From a virus, in the IMG/VR virus record IMGVR_UViG_3300022921_001386: a stretch of DNA of 64,000 nucleotides, one strand, 5' to 3'. Positions 37,854 through 47,361 of this stretch are shown here, in pieces; within the stretch, counting starts at the first letter, position 1, and every line of letters starts with the position of its first letter. The notes beneath the pieces are model-generated. The model did no database searches and had not been told where the DNA came from. It saw nothing but the letters and a program-made list of their open reading frames with translations. The position numbers were made by a program, and so were the translations under genes.

Positions 37854-40541
37854 ATGCCATACGTAGACGCATTTTTTGACAGAGATTCGGATATTATTCG
37901 AGTAGTTGAACGCAAGGACGGAAAAAGACATTTCCATGAATATCAATCAAAGTACACATTTTATTGTGAAGATCCGCGTGGTAAGTACAAAAGCATCTAC
38001 GGCGACCAACTAAGTCGGATTGTATGCAAAAACACAAAAGACTTTAGAAAAGAACTTGCTATCAACCGTGGCAAAAACTTGTTTGAAAGTGACATTAATC
38101 CAATCTTTCAGTGTTTGAGTGAAAACTATCTTAATCAAGATGCACCAAAGTTGAATGTAGCGTTTTGGGACATCGAAACCGACTTTGATCCAGAGCGTGG
38201 ATTTGCTCCAGTCGAAGATCCGTTTATGCCGATCACTGCTATCACTGTGTGCTTACAGTGGTTAGATAGTGCGCTAATAACTGTTGCTATGCCTCCCAAA
38301 GGCATGCCACTTGAAGAAGCAACAGCAATGTGCAAAAAACGCTGGGGTGATAATACTTGTATACTTTTTCCCAACAGCGAAGCAGGCGAAGGACAAATGC
38401 TTAGTATGTTCTTGGACTTGATTGAAGATGCTGATATCCACAGCGGATGGAACAGTGAAGGATACGATGTTCCATACACAGTTAACCGTATTAAACGTGT
38501 ACTAAGCAGTGATGATACACGTAGATTCTGCTTATGGGGACAAAAGCCCAAGCGTAGAGAATATGAAAAGTTTGGTAAGACAAGTGAGACATATGATACT
38601 ATCGGAAGAGTACATATGGACTATCTCAACTTGTATCGCAAGTATACATACGAAGAACGTCATACATATCGACTGGATGCCATCGGCGAACTGGAAGTAG
38701 GAGAGAACAAAACTGTATATGAAGGTACACTTGATCAGCTGTACAACAATGACTTTGAAACTTTTATTGAATACAACAGACAAGACGTTGCACTGTTAGA
38801 CAAACTAGACAAGAAACTAAAATTTATCGATCTTGCAAATGTACTAGCACACGAAAATACTGTGTTACTACAAACCACAATGGGTGCTGTTGCACTTACT
38901 GAGCAGGCTATTGTTAACGAGTCGCATAGACGTGGTATGCAAGTGCCGAATAGAAAACAACACGAAGGAAACACAGCAGCAGCAGGCGCATATGTTGCAT
39001 TTCCTAAAAAAGGTGTGCATGAATGGGTTGGATCAATGGACTTAAACAGCCTGTATCCAAGTGTTATTCGTGCATTAAATATGGGCCCCGAAACTGTAGT
39101 TGGTCAAATACGTTTGGATATTAGTGACGAGCGTATTCACAATGATACAACGCTAAAAAAGAAGAGCTTTGCAGGCAGCTGGGAAGGACGTTTTGCAACT
39201 GAAGAATATGAAGCAGTTATGGAACAAAAACGTGATGTAATGCTTACATTAGATTTAGAAAACGGGCAGGAAGAAGTGCTGAGTGCAGCAGAAGTTTGGA
39301 AGTTGATTTATGATAGTCATCAGCCATGGATGCTTAGTTCAAACGGTACAATCTTTACAAACGAGTTTGAAGGTGTTATTCCAGGACTACTAAAACGTTG
39401 GTACAGCGAACGTAAAGATCTACAAAAGAATCTTAAAAAAGCAAAAGATGCTAAGAACGAAGTAGAGATTGAATACTGGGATAAACGTCAGTTGGTTAAG
39501 AAGATTAACTTGAACAGTTTGTATGGTGCTATTCTCAATCCAGGTTGTAGATTCTTTGACAAGCGTATTGGACAGAGTACAACGCTAACAGGTAGAACTA
39601 TTGTTAAACATATGAGTGCAGAGGTTAATAAGATTATTACTGGTGAGTATGATCATGTTGGTAAAGCTGTTATCTATGGCGATACTGACTCTGTGTATTT
39701 TAGTGCATATCCTGTACTAAAAGATGACATTGCAGCGGGAAAGATTCCGTGGACCAAAGATAATGTAATAAAACTTTATGACCAAGTGTGCGAGCAGGCA
39801 AACGAAACATTTCCAGAAATGATGCTAAAAGCATTTCATTGTCCAAAGAGTCGTAGCGATGTTATTGCAGCAGGTAGAGAGATTGTTGCTGAAACTGGGC
39901 TGTTTATCACTAAGAAACGCTATGCAGCACTAGTGTACGACATTGAAGGATTTAGAACAGATGAAGATGGAAAACTAGGCAAAGTCAAAGCAATGGGCCT
40001 GGACTTGAAGCGTAGTGATACGCCGGTGTTTATGCAGGATTTCTTAAAAGAGTTGCTTGATATGGTACTACAGAAAAAACCTGAAGCAGAACTACTTGAA
40101 GCTATTAGTCAGTTTAGACGTGATTTCAAAGAACGTCCAGGGTTTGAAAAAGGTAGTCCAAAACGTGCAAACAAGATTGGACACTATCAGCGTCTTGAAG
40201 AGAAGCAAGGCAAAGCAAACATGCCCGGACACGTAAGAGCAAGTATCAACTGGAATACACTAAAGCGTATGAACGGTGACAAATACTCACAAGAAATCGT
40301 CGACGGTATGAAGGTTATTGTTTGTAAACTAAAACAAAATCCACTAGGATATACAAGTGTTGCATATCCAACAGATGAACTACGTATTCCGGATTGGTTC
40401 AAAGAACTGCCATTTGATGGCGATGCTATGGAAGAAGTTATTATTGACAACAAACTAGACAACTTGATTGGTGTGCTGGACTATGACTTAGAAAGTACAA
40501 AACAAAAAACTACATTTAATAACTTATTTGATTGGAGTTAA
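37854..40541 (+). CDS. family B DNA polymerase (gp43-like)
   Basis: DIETD exonuclease motif, DLNSLYPS, KINLNSLYG, YGDTDS, KKRY. Confidence 0.97.
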   Translation: MPYVDAFFDRDSDIIRVVERKDGKRHFHEYQSKYTFYCEDPRGKYKSIYGDQLSRIVCKNTKDFRKELAINRGKNLFESDINPIFQCLSENYLNQDAPKLNVAFWDIETDFDPERGFAPVEDPFMPITAITVCLQWLDSALITVAMPPKGMPLEEATAMCKKRWGDNTCILFPNSEAGEGQMLSMFLDLIEDADIHSGWNSEGYDVPYTVNRIKRVLSSDDTRRFCLWGQKPKRREYEKFGKTSETYDTIGRVHMDYLNLYRKYTYEERHTYRLDAIGELEVGENKTVYEGTLDQLYNNDFETFIEYNRQDVALLDKLDKKLKFIDLANVLAHENTVLLQTTMGAVALTEQAIVNESHRRGMQVPNRKQHEGNTAAAGAYVAFPKKGVHEWVGSMDLNSLYPSVIRALNMGPETVVGQIRLDISDERIHNDTTLKKKSFAGSWEGRFATEEYEAVMEQKRDVMLTLDLENGQEEVLSAAEVWKLIYDSHQPWMLSSNGTIFTNEFEGVIPGLLKRWYSERKDLQKNLKKAKDAKNEVEIEYWDKRQLVKKINLNSLYGAILNPGCRFFDKRIGQSTTLTGRTIVKHMSAEVNKIITGEYDHVGKAVIYGDTDSVYFSAYPVLKDDIAAGKIPWTKDNVIKLYDQVCEQANETFPEMMLKAFHCPKSRSDVIAAGREIVAETGLFITKKRYAALVYDIEGFRTDEDGKLGKVKAMGLDLKRSDTPVFMQDFLKELLDMVLQKKPEAELLEAISQFRRDFKERPGFEKGSPKRANKIGHYQRLEEKQGKANMPGHVRASINWNTLKRMNGDKYSQEIVDGMKVIVCKLKQNPLGYTSVAYPTDELRIPDWFKELPFDGDAMEEVIIDNKLDNLIGVLDYDLESTKQKTTFNNLFDWS

Positions 40542-40542
40542 T

Positions 40543-40962
40543 ATGAAAGTAGGTATTACATTTAGTGCATTTGATTTACTTCATGCCGGACACATCGGCA
40601 TGTTACGTGAAGCAAGAGCAAACTGCGATTATCTTATTGTAGGGTTGCAAACAGATCCTACAATCGATCGGGCCGATACCAAAAACAAACCAGTGCAAAC
40701 TCTAGTTGAACGCTATGCGCAACTTAATGCACTCAAGTTTATTGACGAGATTGTGCCATACGAAACTGAGCAGGACTTAATGGATATACTAGAGCTGTTT
40801 CAAATTGATGTAAGGTTCTTAGGCGAAGAATACAAAGAAGACGAGTTTAGTGGCAAAGATATATGTCGCAAGCGAGGTATTCAACTGCATTTTAACAAGC
40901 GTGATCACAGATTCAGCACAAGTGATTTACGCAAACGAGTTGCTGAAAGAGAGAACAAATGA
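40543..40962 (+). CDS. cytidylyltransferase (TagD/glycerol-3-phosphate CTase-like)
   Basis: FDLLHAGH, LIVGLQTD, RDHRFSTS. Confidence 0.85.
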   Translation: MKVGITFSAFDLLHAGHIGMLREARANCDYLIVGLQTDPTIDRADTKNKPVQTLVERYAQLNALKFIDEIVPYETEQDLMDILELFQIDVRFLGEEYKEDEFSGKDICRKRGIQLHFNKRDHRFSTSDLRKRVAERENK

Positions 40963-41150
40963 TTAAAGCATTTTGGACTGGGTTCAAACAAGGGTTTAAG
41001 CAAGGGTTTAAGCAGTTTTTTTGGATAGGTATAGCACTTGGTGTCGGAACATCACTAGGTAGTTGGAGTCATCCTTATGAACAGTGTAAGCGTATGTACG
41101 ACACGCCTGAAGATATTTCAGAGTGTGTTTGGATTAAGGAGGCTGAATAA
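40959..41150 (+). CDS. small membrane protein with GFKQ tandem repeat
   Basis: (GFKQ)x3 followed by a hydrophobic helix. Confidence 0.55.
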   Translation: MIKAFWTGFKQGFKQGFKQFFWIGIALGVGTSLGSWSHPYEQCKRMYDTPEDISECVWIKEAE

Positions 41151-41314
41151 TGAGTGAAGCAGCCGCAGCAATTGTGTTAGCGTTTAATGTAGGTGTTATG
41201 CTGGGCATTGGAGTAGCAACAGCAGAATGGAGCCTCATTTTTGGTGCTGCTGTATTACTGTTTGTAACTGTATGTTATTATCATAATTTTGTAAAACCCA
41301 AGGAGAATCCGTGA
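41150..41314 (+). CDS. small membrane protein (54 aa, not in ORF track)
   Basis: AAGGAGG RBS; two hydrophobic stretches. Confidence 0.6.
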   Translation: MSEAAAAIVLAFNVGVMLGIGVATAEWSLIFGAAVLLFVTVCYYHNFVKPKENP

Positions 41315-41484
41315 TGAGCAAATATACAAAAGCATTAACCGCCGAACAGTTGATACAATATATTGCTATTGATCGTCCTGAAATGTCACATGATAAAGTT
41401 AAGTGGCAGAGAGATCATTATATTAAAATCTGTCTTGAATGGTTAGAGGAGAATGTCAATGTGGACACTGTGGATCGTAAGTAG
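41314..41484 (+). CDS. small hypothetical protein (56 aa, not in ORF track)
   Basis: AAGGAG RBS, TGATG coupling. Confidence 0.55.
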   Translation: MSKYTKALTAEQLIQYIAIDRPEMSHDKVKWQRDHYIKICLEWLEENVNVDTVDRK

Positions 41485-41623
41485 CGTTATTGGTAGCGCA
41501 GAACCTAAATACACTCGATATGAAACTTTTGAAACTCAAAAAGAGTGCTTATTAGAACGAGCAGTACTTACTTCAACCTTTACACAAGGCGAAAGAGCAT
41601 TTTGCGAAGGAACAAATGAATAA
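41459..41623 (+). CDS. small hypothetical protein (54 aa, not in ORF track)
   Basis: GAGGAG RBS; MWTLWIV...FETQKEC...C. Confidence 0.55.
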   Translation: MWTLWIVSSVIGSAEPKYTRYETFETQKECLLERAVLTSTFTQGERAFCEGTNE

Positions 41624-42326
41624 ATTTATATTTGATGTGGACGGAACACTAACTCCGAGTAGGCAAAAGATTGATCCAACTTTTGAAAAGTTTTTTGAAT
41701 TGTTTTGTCGAGACAACGAAGTTTACCTTGTTACTGGCAGTGACTATCCTAAGACATTGGAGCAACTAGGTGAACGTATTGTAAACCAAGTAAAAGCTGT
41801 TTACAACTGTAGCGGCAATGATGTATGGCAGCATGGCAAAAACATCAAACGCAACAACTGGACACTTCCAGACGAGTGTCGTAAGTTTTTAGCAGGATGG
41901 ATTGAAGGTAGCGTGTTTCCAATCCGCACAGGCAATCACATTGAAGAACGACCAGGAACTGTAAACTTCTCGATTGTAGGACGTAACGCTACTCAAGAAC
42001 AACGTAAATTGTATGTAGAGTGGGATTTAGAACATCGTGAAAGAGAAAGCATTGCGTTGCAATTCAACATGATATACAAAGATCTTACTGCTACAGTAGG
42101 CGGAGATACCGGTATTGACATCTATCCTACAGGATATGACAAAGGTCAAATTATCAAAGATTTTAATCTAAGAAAAGATAAACTTTATTTCTTTGGTGAT
42201 AAAACATTGCCCGGCGGCAACGATGAACCGCTGGCAAAATTAATCAATCACACTTATCAAGTTAGAAACTGGCGAGACACTCACGAAAGACTTGGTTATT
42301 TTCAGGAGGCAAGGTTAGCAGGATGA
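41616..42326 (+). CDS. HAD-IIB phosphomannomutase-like enzyme
   Basis: FDVDGTLT, TGSD, IE.R...NFS..GR, FFGDK..PGGND. Confidence 0.85.
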   Translation: MNKFIFDVDGTLTPSRQKIDPTFEKFFELFCRDNEVYLVTGSDYPKTLEQLGERIVNQVKAVYNCSGNDVWQHGKNIKRNNWTLPDECRKFLAGWIEGSVFPIRTGNHIEERPGTVNFSIVGRNATQEQRKLYVEWDLEHRERESIALQFNMIYKDLTATVGGDTGIDIYPTGYDKGQIIKDFNLRKDKLYFFGDKTLPGGNDEPLAKLINHTYQVRNWRDTHERLGYFQEARLAG

Positions 42327-43078
42327 TTATTGCAGGATACGGTTTTGTAGGCAAGGCATACGAATTACTATTTAATGGTTTTCGTAGAGAAATAGTAGTA
42401 CACGATCCTCCCAAAGGTATGGTAGCAGACTTTGATAATACCAGTGCTGTTGTTGTTTGTGTGCCTACACCAGAATTAGAATCAGGAGCGTGTGACATCA
42501 GTGCTGTATACGATGTAATATCGCAGTGTAACAAAGATACTCCTATAATGATCAAAAGCACTATCAGTTTGCAAGGTTGGAAGTTTTTAAAAGAAACATT
42601 TCCTAATCATCGTTTGTGCTTTTCACCGGAGTTTTTACGTGCTGCAAACTACATGAACGATATTAAAAACTTGGACAGTGTTATTCTAAGTGGTGATACT
42701 GATTACTGGCGAGATCAATATAGTTACAATTGGCCTAAGATTAAAATCCACACCGTAATACCAGAAGAAGCTATTGCTATTAAATATTTCCGCAATGCAT
42801 TTTTAGCAACCAAGGTTAGTTTCTTCAACGAGATCTATGATTTTTGTACAGCATATGGAATCGACTTTGATCAAGTAAGGGGCGGGGTTGCAGCAGACAC
42901 CCGTATTGGAGATAGTCATACGTATGTATGGCCCAATGAAAATGTAAGAGGATTTGGAGGCTATTGTTTTCCAAAAGACACTAGTGCGCTATTAAAAATG
43001 GCAGCAGAAAAGAAAATAAATCTAAATACTCTTGAAGCAGCAGTTGAATACAATAATAAAATAAAAAATAATGCTTGA
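42323..43078 (+). CDS. UDP-glucose/GDP-mannose dehydrogenase family
   Basis: GYGFVG, VCVPTP, IKST, SPEFLR, KY..NAFLA.KVSF.NE, GFGGYCFPKD. Confidence 0.88.
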   Translation: MIIAGYGFVGKAYELLFNGFRREIVVHDPPKGMVADFDNTSAVVVCVPTPELESGACDISAVYDVISQCNKDTPIMIKSTISLQGWKFLKETFPNHRLCFSPEFLRAANYMNDIKNLDSVILSGDTDYWRDQYSYNWPKIKIHTVIPEEAIAIKYFRNAFLATKVSFFNEIYDFCTAYGIDFDQVRGGVAADTRIGDSHTYVWPNENVRGFGGYCFPKDTSALLKMAAEKKINLNTLEAAVEYNNKIKNNA

Positions 43079-43103
43079 CTTTCTACAAGTTAAACATTAT
43101 AAT
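43075..43103 (+). promoter_or_regulatory. sigma70-like promoter
   Basis: TTGACT-N17-TATAAT upstream of the clamp/dpdA genes. Confidence 0.75.
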
Positions 43104-43123
43104 AAAACATATAGGAGATAAAA

Positions 43124-43852
43124 ATGCAAGACATTCTACAAGATATCGTAAGCCATACGCACTCGTTGGGCTTTATTACAACACTAAAAGTTACAGCAGA
43201 AACAGAAACACAGATTGAAAGCATGGCAGACGATCGTAGTGTTATTATGACTGCAACTACAAACACGCCAGTTGGAGAATTTGTTGGTACGTTTGGCATG
43301 CCAGACTTGGGTAAGCTGTCGTATCATTTGAAGAATCCAGAATACAAAGAAAATGCTAGTATTAAAGTCGTACAAGCAGAACGCAATGGAGAAACTATTC
43401 CAACACACATTCACTTTGAAAACACAGCAGGCGATTTTGAAAATGATTATCGCTTTATGAACAAAGCAGTGATTGAAGAGAAACTTAAAAGTGTTAAGTT
43501 TAAAGGCAACAGCTGGAATGTTGAGTTTCAGCCAAGTATGGCAAGTATTGCACGTATGAAACTTATGTCAGGCGCACATTCAGAAGAAACTGTGTTCCAA
43601 GTTAAGACAGAAGATGACAACCTAAACTTTTACTTTGGAGACGAAGCAACACACGCTGGATCATTTACATTTGAACACGGCGTTGAAGGCACATTAACTC
43701 ATACATGGGCGTGGCCAGTTGCACAAACTATTGCTATCTTGAACTTGGATGGCGATAAAACAATGAGCATTACAGACCAAGGTGCTATGAAGATTTCAGT
43801 AGATAGCGGTATGGCCAAGTATGACTACATCCTTCCAGCACAGCAGAAGTAA
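43124..43852 (+). CDS. probable sliding clamp (gp45/PCNA-like)
   Basis: 242 aa; size and alpha/beta pattern of clamps; ends Y.YILPA like PCNA; polymerase and clamp loader present. Confidence 0.55.
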   Translation: MQDILQDIVSHTHSLGFITTLKVTAETETQIESMADDRSVIMTATTNTPVGEFVGTFGMPDLGKLSYHLKNPEYKENASIKVVQAERNGETIPTHIHFENTAGDFENDYRFMNKAVIEEKLKSVKFKGNSWNVEFQPSMASIARMKLMSGAHSEETVFQVKTEDDNLNFYFGDEATHAGSFTFEHGVEGTLTHTWAWPVAQTIAILNLDGDKTMSITDQGAMKISVDSGMAKYDYILPAQQK

Positions 43853-43853
43853 T

Positions 43854-44249
43854 ATGGAAGATTTTGATATCAACGAGTTTGCACGTATGTTTGACGCAGC
43901 ACTTGCGTCAGACAACCCTACTGTTAAAAAAGCACTGCGTAACTTTATGATGGTTACTGCTATTGTTCACTCAAAAGAACAAACCACGCCAGCGTTGACC
44001 ATAGGGCCATTGGAAAGACTGGTCAAAAAAGTAGAAGAGCTTGAGCGTATGGTGTATGAACTACAAAATAATCGCGTGACAACAGGTTATAAAGACAAGT
44101 ACCAGCGGGATTATTATAATAATACTTGGACATACGCACCTAATACTAGCACTACAAGCGGAACTATTAGTGGTACCAGTGTTGACAAAGTATGGTATGA
44201 TGAAGCAACTGACATTGTAGACCTACTAAAGGACTTAAAAATTAGATGA
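43854..44249 (+). CDS. hypothetical protein
   Basis: Coupled ORF. Confidence 0.6.
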   Translation: MEDFDINEFARMFDAALASDNPTVKKALRNFMMVTAIVHSKEQTTPALTIGPLERLVKKVEELERMVYELQNNRVTTGYKDKYQRDYYNNTWTYAPNTSTTSGTISGTSVDKVWYDEATDIVDLLKDLKIR

Positions 44250-45793
44250 AAACAAACCTTACTGAAACACAAAATGACTATGCTGTCTTCTTGCCTAGTA
44301 TTAGTGGCTTTTATGCTACATTTATAGGCAAACAACGTTATAGCGAATATGTTGATCCAACTCGTGTTCCAGCAGGTATTGGCACTGTGGAAGCAATGAA
44401 CTTTTTAAATTCCAAAGAAGGAGTGTTCCATTACAAGTGGGCACTCTATTCAGCTGGACATGCAGAGCTTGATACAACCAAGCACAGTGAAAAAGAAGAT
44501 ATGCTTCGCAATCGTGATAGAGATAACTCATGGTTGCTGGGCGACTCGGGAGGCTTCCAGATTGCCAAAGGTCTTTGGCCTGGTGATTGGACTGATCCTA
44601 ACTGTCCACATGCTGCTAAAAAGCGTGAACTGGTTGTTAACTGGATGGAAGAATATATGGACTACGGAATGATGTTGGATATTCCAACTTGGACATTCCA
44701 GGATCCTAAAGCAGCAGAAGCAGCAAACATTCACAGCTATCAAGATGCTGTAGATGCTACACACATTAATGCAAAATACTATATGGCTAATCGTCGTGGT
44801 AACTTTAAAGTACTAAATGTTCTACAAGGCAGCAATCATGGTGACGCAGACAGCTGGTACGAAGAGTTTAAAGATTACTGCGACCCTGCTAAGTATCCAG
44901 ACACACACTTTAATGGCTGGGCAATGGGCGGACAAAACATGTGTGATGTGCATCTTATCCTAAGACGCCTTGTGCATATGATACACGATGGATTGCTTGA
45001 AGAAGGATTGCATGATGTAATGCACTTCCTTGGTACTAGTAAACTAGAGTGGGCTGTGTTACTTACAGACATTCAACGTGCTGTTCGCAAGTATCATAAT
45101 CCTAACTTTATGATCACTTATGACTGTGCATCGCCTTTCCTTGCTACTGCAAACGGACAGATTTATCACAGTATTCGTATTGAAGATCGCGGTAAGTGGA
45201 GTTACATGATGAGCCCTGGTGCTGATGCACTAAAGTATGCAACAGATACACGCAAGTTCAAAGATGCAGTTGTTACAGATCGTATCCTAGATGCATTTGA
45301 AGATTCTCCAATGAGTGTACATTGCAATATTAATGATATTTGTATATATGCAGAAGGTGATAAGAACAAGATTGGCACACCTAAAGTAAAAGCAGGTGAT
45401 GTTGATATAGACAAGCATGGCAATCCTATACTAGATGAAGATGGTAACCCTGTTGTTCGTAAGAAAGACAGTACCAGCTGGGATAGTTTCAGCTATGCAC
45501 TACAAATGGGGCATAATGTTTGGATGCACATCGAAAGCACACAACGTGCTAACAGAGAATATGACGCTGGCATTTCGCCTTATATGCTAATCAATGACAC
45601 AGACTTTCCGGGTTGGGGAGTTGTTAAGTTCAAAGAAGTAGTTGACGAGATCTTTAGTTTGAAAGACAGGCAGAAGAGCTTGGACTTGATCGAAAAATAT
45701 GATCGTTATTGGATGCATGTGATTGGTACACGCCTTAACATTGGTAAGAAGGCTAAAAACGCACTGACAAAATATGGAGAGTTATTTGAATGA
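44246..45793 (+). CDS. dpdA: tRNA-guanine transglycosylase-like DNA base-exchange enzyme (DpdA-like)
   Basis: LGDSGGFQ, MLDIP, NVLQG, GWAMGG, HFLG, TYDCASP: TGT barrel motifs; folE, queE and queD-like genes nearby. Confidence 0.7.
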   Translation: MKTNLTETQNDYAVFLPSISGFYATFIGKQRYSEYVDPTRVPAGIGTVEAMNFLNSKEGVFHYKWALYSAGHAELDTTKHSEKEDMLRNRDRDNSWLLGDSGGFQIAKGLWPGDWTDPNCPHAAKKRELVVNWMEEYMDYGMMLDIPTWTFQDPKAAEAANIHSYQDAVDATHINAKYYMANRRGNFKVLNVLQGSNHGDADSWYEEFKDYCDPAKYPDTHFNGWAMGGQNMCDVHLILRRLVHMIHDGLLEEGLHDVMHFLGTSKLEWAVLLTDIQRAVRKYHNPNFMITYDCASPFLATANGQIYHSIRIEDRGKWSYMMSPGADALKYATDTRKFKDAVVTDRILDAFEDSPMSVHCNINDICIYAEGDKNKIGTPKVKAGDVDIDKHGNPILDEDGNPVVRKKDSTSWDSFSYALQMGHNVWMHIESTQRANREYDAGISPYMLINDTDFPGWGVVKFKEVVDEIFSLKDRQKSLDLIEKYDRYWMHVIGTRLNIGKKAKNALTKYGELFE

Positions 45794-45984
45794 ATTATGA
45801 TAGTCTTGAGGCACATTTAGATGAGCTTGTTAAAAAACATCGAAAACTTGATGAAGAAGTCGAGCAGTTGTCGACCCAGCATGTTAGTGCAGAACTAAGG
45901 CAACTAAAAACACAAAAACTTTGGCTCAAGGATGAAATACATCGTATACAAAAACAACTCAAAGGAAGTAACGGCCATGGATAG
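45790..45984 (+). CDS. DUF465/YdcH-like coiled-coil protein
   Basis: L...H..LD..V......L..LK..KL.LKDEI. Confidence 0.65.
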   Translation: MNYDSLEAHLDELVKKHRKLDEEVEQLSTQHVSAELRQLKTQKLWLKDEIHRIQKQLKGSNGHG

Positions 45985-46144
45985 TAAACAGATCCAACTT
46001 ACTAACTTAGAACTTGCACTAGAAGATCTTGATAAAATCATTGACAATATGAAAAAGAACAACTATAGTAAAGAAGAGTTAAATGAATACGTGAAAAAAC
46101 GTTGGAATGTTTGGAACGAAATGCATCAGGTAAAAAAACAATGA
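45977..46144 (+). CDS. hypothetical protein
   Basis: AAGGA RBS; coupled ORF. Confidence 0.55.
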   Translation: MDSKQIQLTNLELALEDLDKIIDNMKKNNYSKEELNEYVKKRWNVWNEMHQVKKQ

Positions 46145-46668
46145 AACGAATATATGACCAAGGCGACAAGATTGAAAACGTGCAATACTTTACAGGCACC
46201 GAAGTAGAACATACTCCGCAATATGGAAAACGCACACTGTTTGTTGTAGGTGTTAAAGATGCAGAAGAAGTAATTGCTACAGCAGAAGAAGCTGGGTGCA
46301 AACACATCTACCTTGGTGCTAATATGAGCTTTAATGTTACCAGCAATACTGAAAGCGAATGGCAACCTTGGGAAGCTATGGTATTTCCGTTGCTCAAAGA
46401 AGGATATTGGGTAACGCTAGATGTAGATGCGAACCAAGTAGAAGGGTTACTAGAAACTGGCTTTACAGAATACAACCGCTTTATTCCAATGATTAGTGTA
46501 AAGATTCCGTACATCGAACAACTCGGATACAATGCTTGTTTAAAAGTTGACGACAAAGACTTTGATGCAAGCAACCCGGGTGTTTGGGTACATCGTGTAC
46601 ATGATTTAAAAAATAAATCTGTGTTTACAGATTGGTCTAAATACACCACAGACACAATTATTAGTTGA
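46141..46668 (+). CDS. hypothetical protein within the deazaguanine cluster
   Basis: F.G.EVEHTP..G..TLFV; HIYLGAN; DD.DF..SNPGVW. Confidence 0.7.
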   Translation: MKRIYDQGDKIENVQYFTGTEVEHTPQYGKRTLFVVGVKDAEEVIATAEEAGCKHIYLGANMSFNVTSNTESEWQPWEAMVFPLLKEGYWVTLDVDANQVEGLLETGFTEYNRFIPMISVKIPYIEQLGYNACLKVDDKDFDASNPGVWVHRVHDLKNKSVFTDWSKYTTDTIIS

Positions 46669-46693
46669 CAAAATGACACAAGAATCGTATTAT
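46665..46693 (+). promoter_or_regulatory. sigma70-like promoter
   Basis: TTGACA-N17-TATTAT at the queD-like gene start. Confidence 0.55.
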
Positions 46694-47146
46694 AACTATA
46701 TGAAACGGCGCAGCAAAGAAGAGGACGCTAAATTGACAGAAGCAAGTACAACTATTAATGTACCCATGACAACAGCAAAACGTAGTATTTGGGTAACCTT
46801 TACCAAAGAGGGTATTCACAAATATCCAGCAGCACTAGAAGATCCTAAACTTGCTACTGGTGATGAGTATGATGTAAGTTTCTTAGGATACCCGCATCGA
46901 CATACTTTTCATTTTAAAGTGCAAATTGAAGTATTTCACAACGATCGTGATATTGAGTTTATTCAATTCAAGCGTTGGTTGGAAAACTTGTACAAAGATG
47001 ATGTATTGCAACTTGATTACCTATCATGTGAAATGATTTCAGATTCCTTGTACACACAGATTAACAGCAGATATCCCGGCCGGTTTGTTGTTATTGATGT
47101 CGCCGAAGATGGCGAAAACGGCTGTCAAATTGTTTACCCAGCATAA
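46673..47146 (+). CDS. queD: QueD/6-pyruvoyl-tetrahydropterin synthase-like T-fold protein
   Basis: EGIH..., PHRHTFHFKV, IEF, SCEM, V.EDGENG; true start may be downstream of 46673. Confidence 0.6.
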   Translation: MTQESYYNYMKRRSKEEDAKLTEASTTINVPMTTAKRSIWVTFTKEGIHKYPAALEDPKLATGDEYDVSFLGYPHRHTFHFKVQIEVFHNDRDIEFIQFKRWLENLYKDDVLQLDYLSCEMISDSLYTQINSRYPGRFVVIDVAEDGENGCQIVYPA

Positions 47147-47160
47147 AGGAATAAAGGTAA

Positions 47161-47361
47161 ATGACTATTACAAATCCAGTAGTAAACAAAATATTTAACG
47201 ATCTTGAAGAGTTCCACGACTTCTGTCGTACTGAAGGACACCCTTTTAACAAGGAAGATTTATATCGCAACGATCGTCGGCCGTGGATGGCCTTCCAGAA
47301 ATACAAAAACTGGCTACGTGCAAAAGCTCGCGGTGGCGAAAGAAAGCCTCGTAATGCGTAA
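47161..47361 (+). CDS. hypothetical protein
   Basis: IF.DLE....FC...G..F....LY. Confidence 0.6.
   Translation: MTITNPVVNKIFNDLEEFHDFCRTEGHPFNKEDLYRNDRRPWMAFQKYKNWLRAKARGGERKPRNA

Noticed and set aside
37854-40541. Introns or inteins in DNA polymerase, thyA or clpA
   Set aside because: The ORFs are continuous, of normal length, and have no intein terminal motifs.
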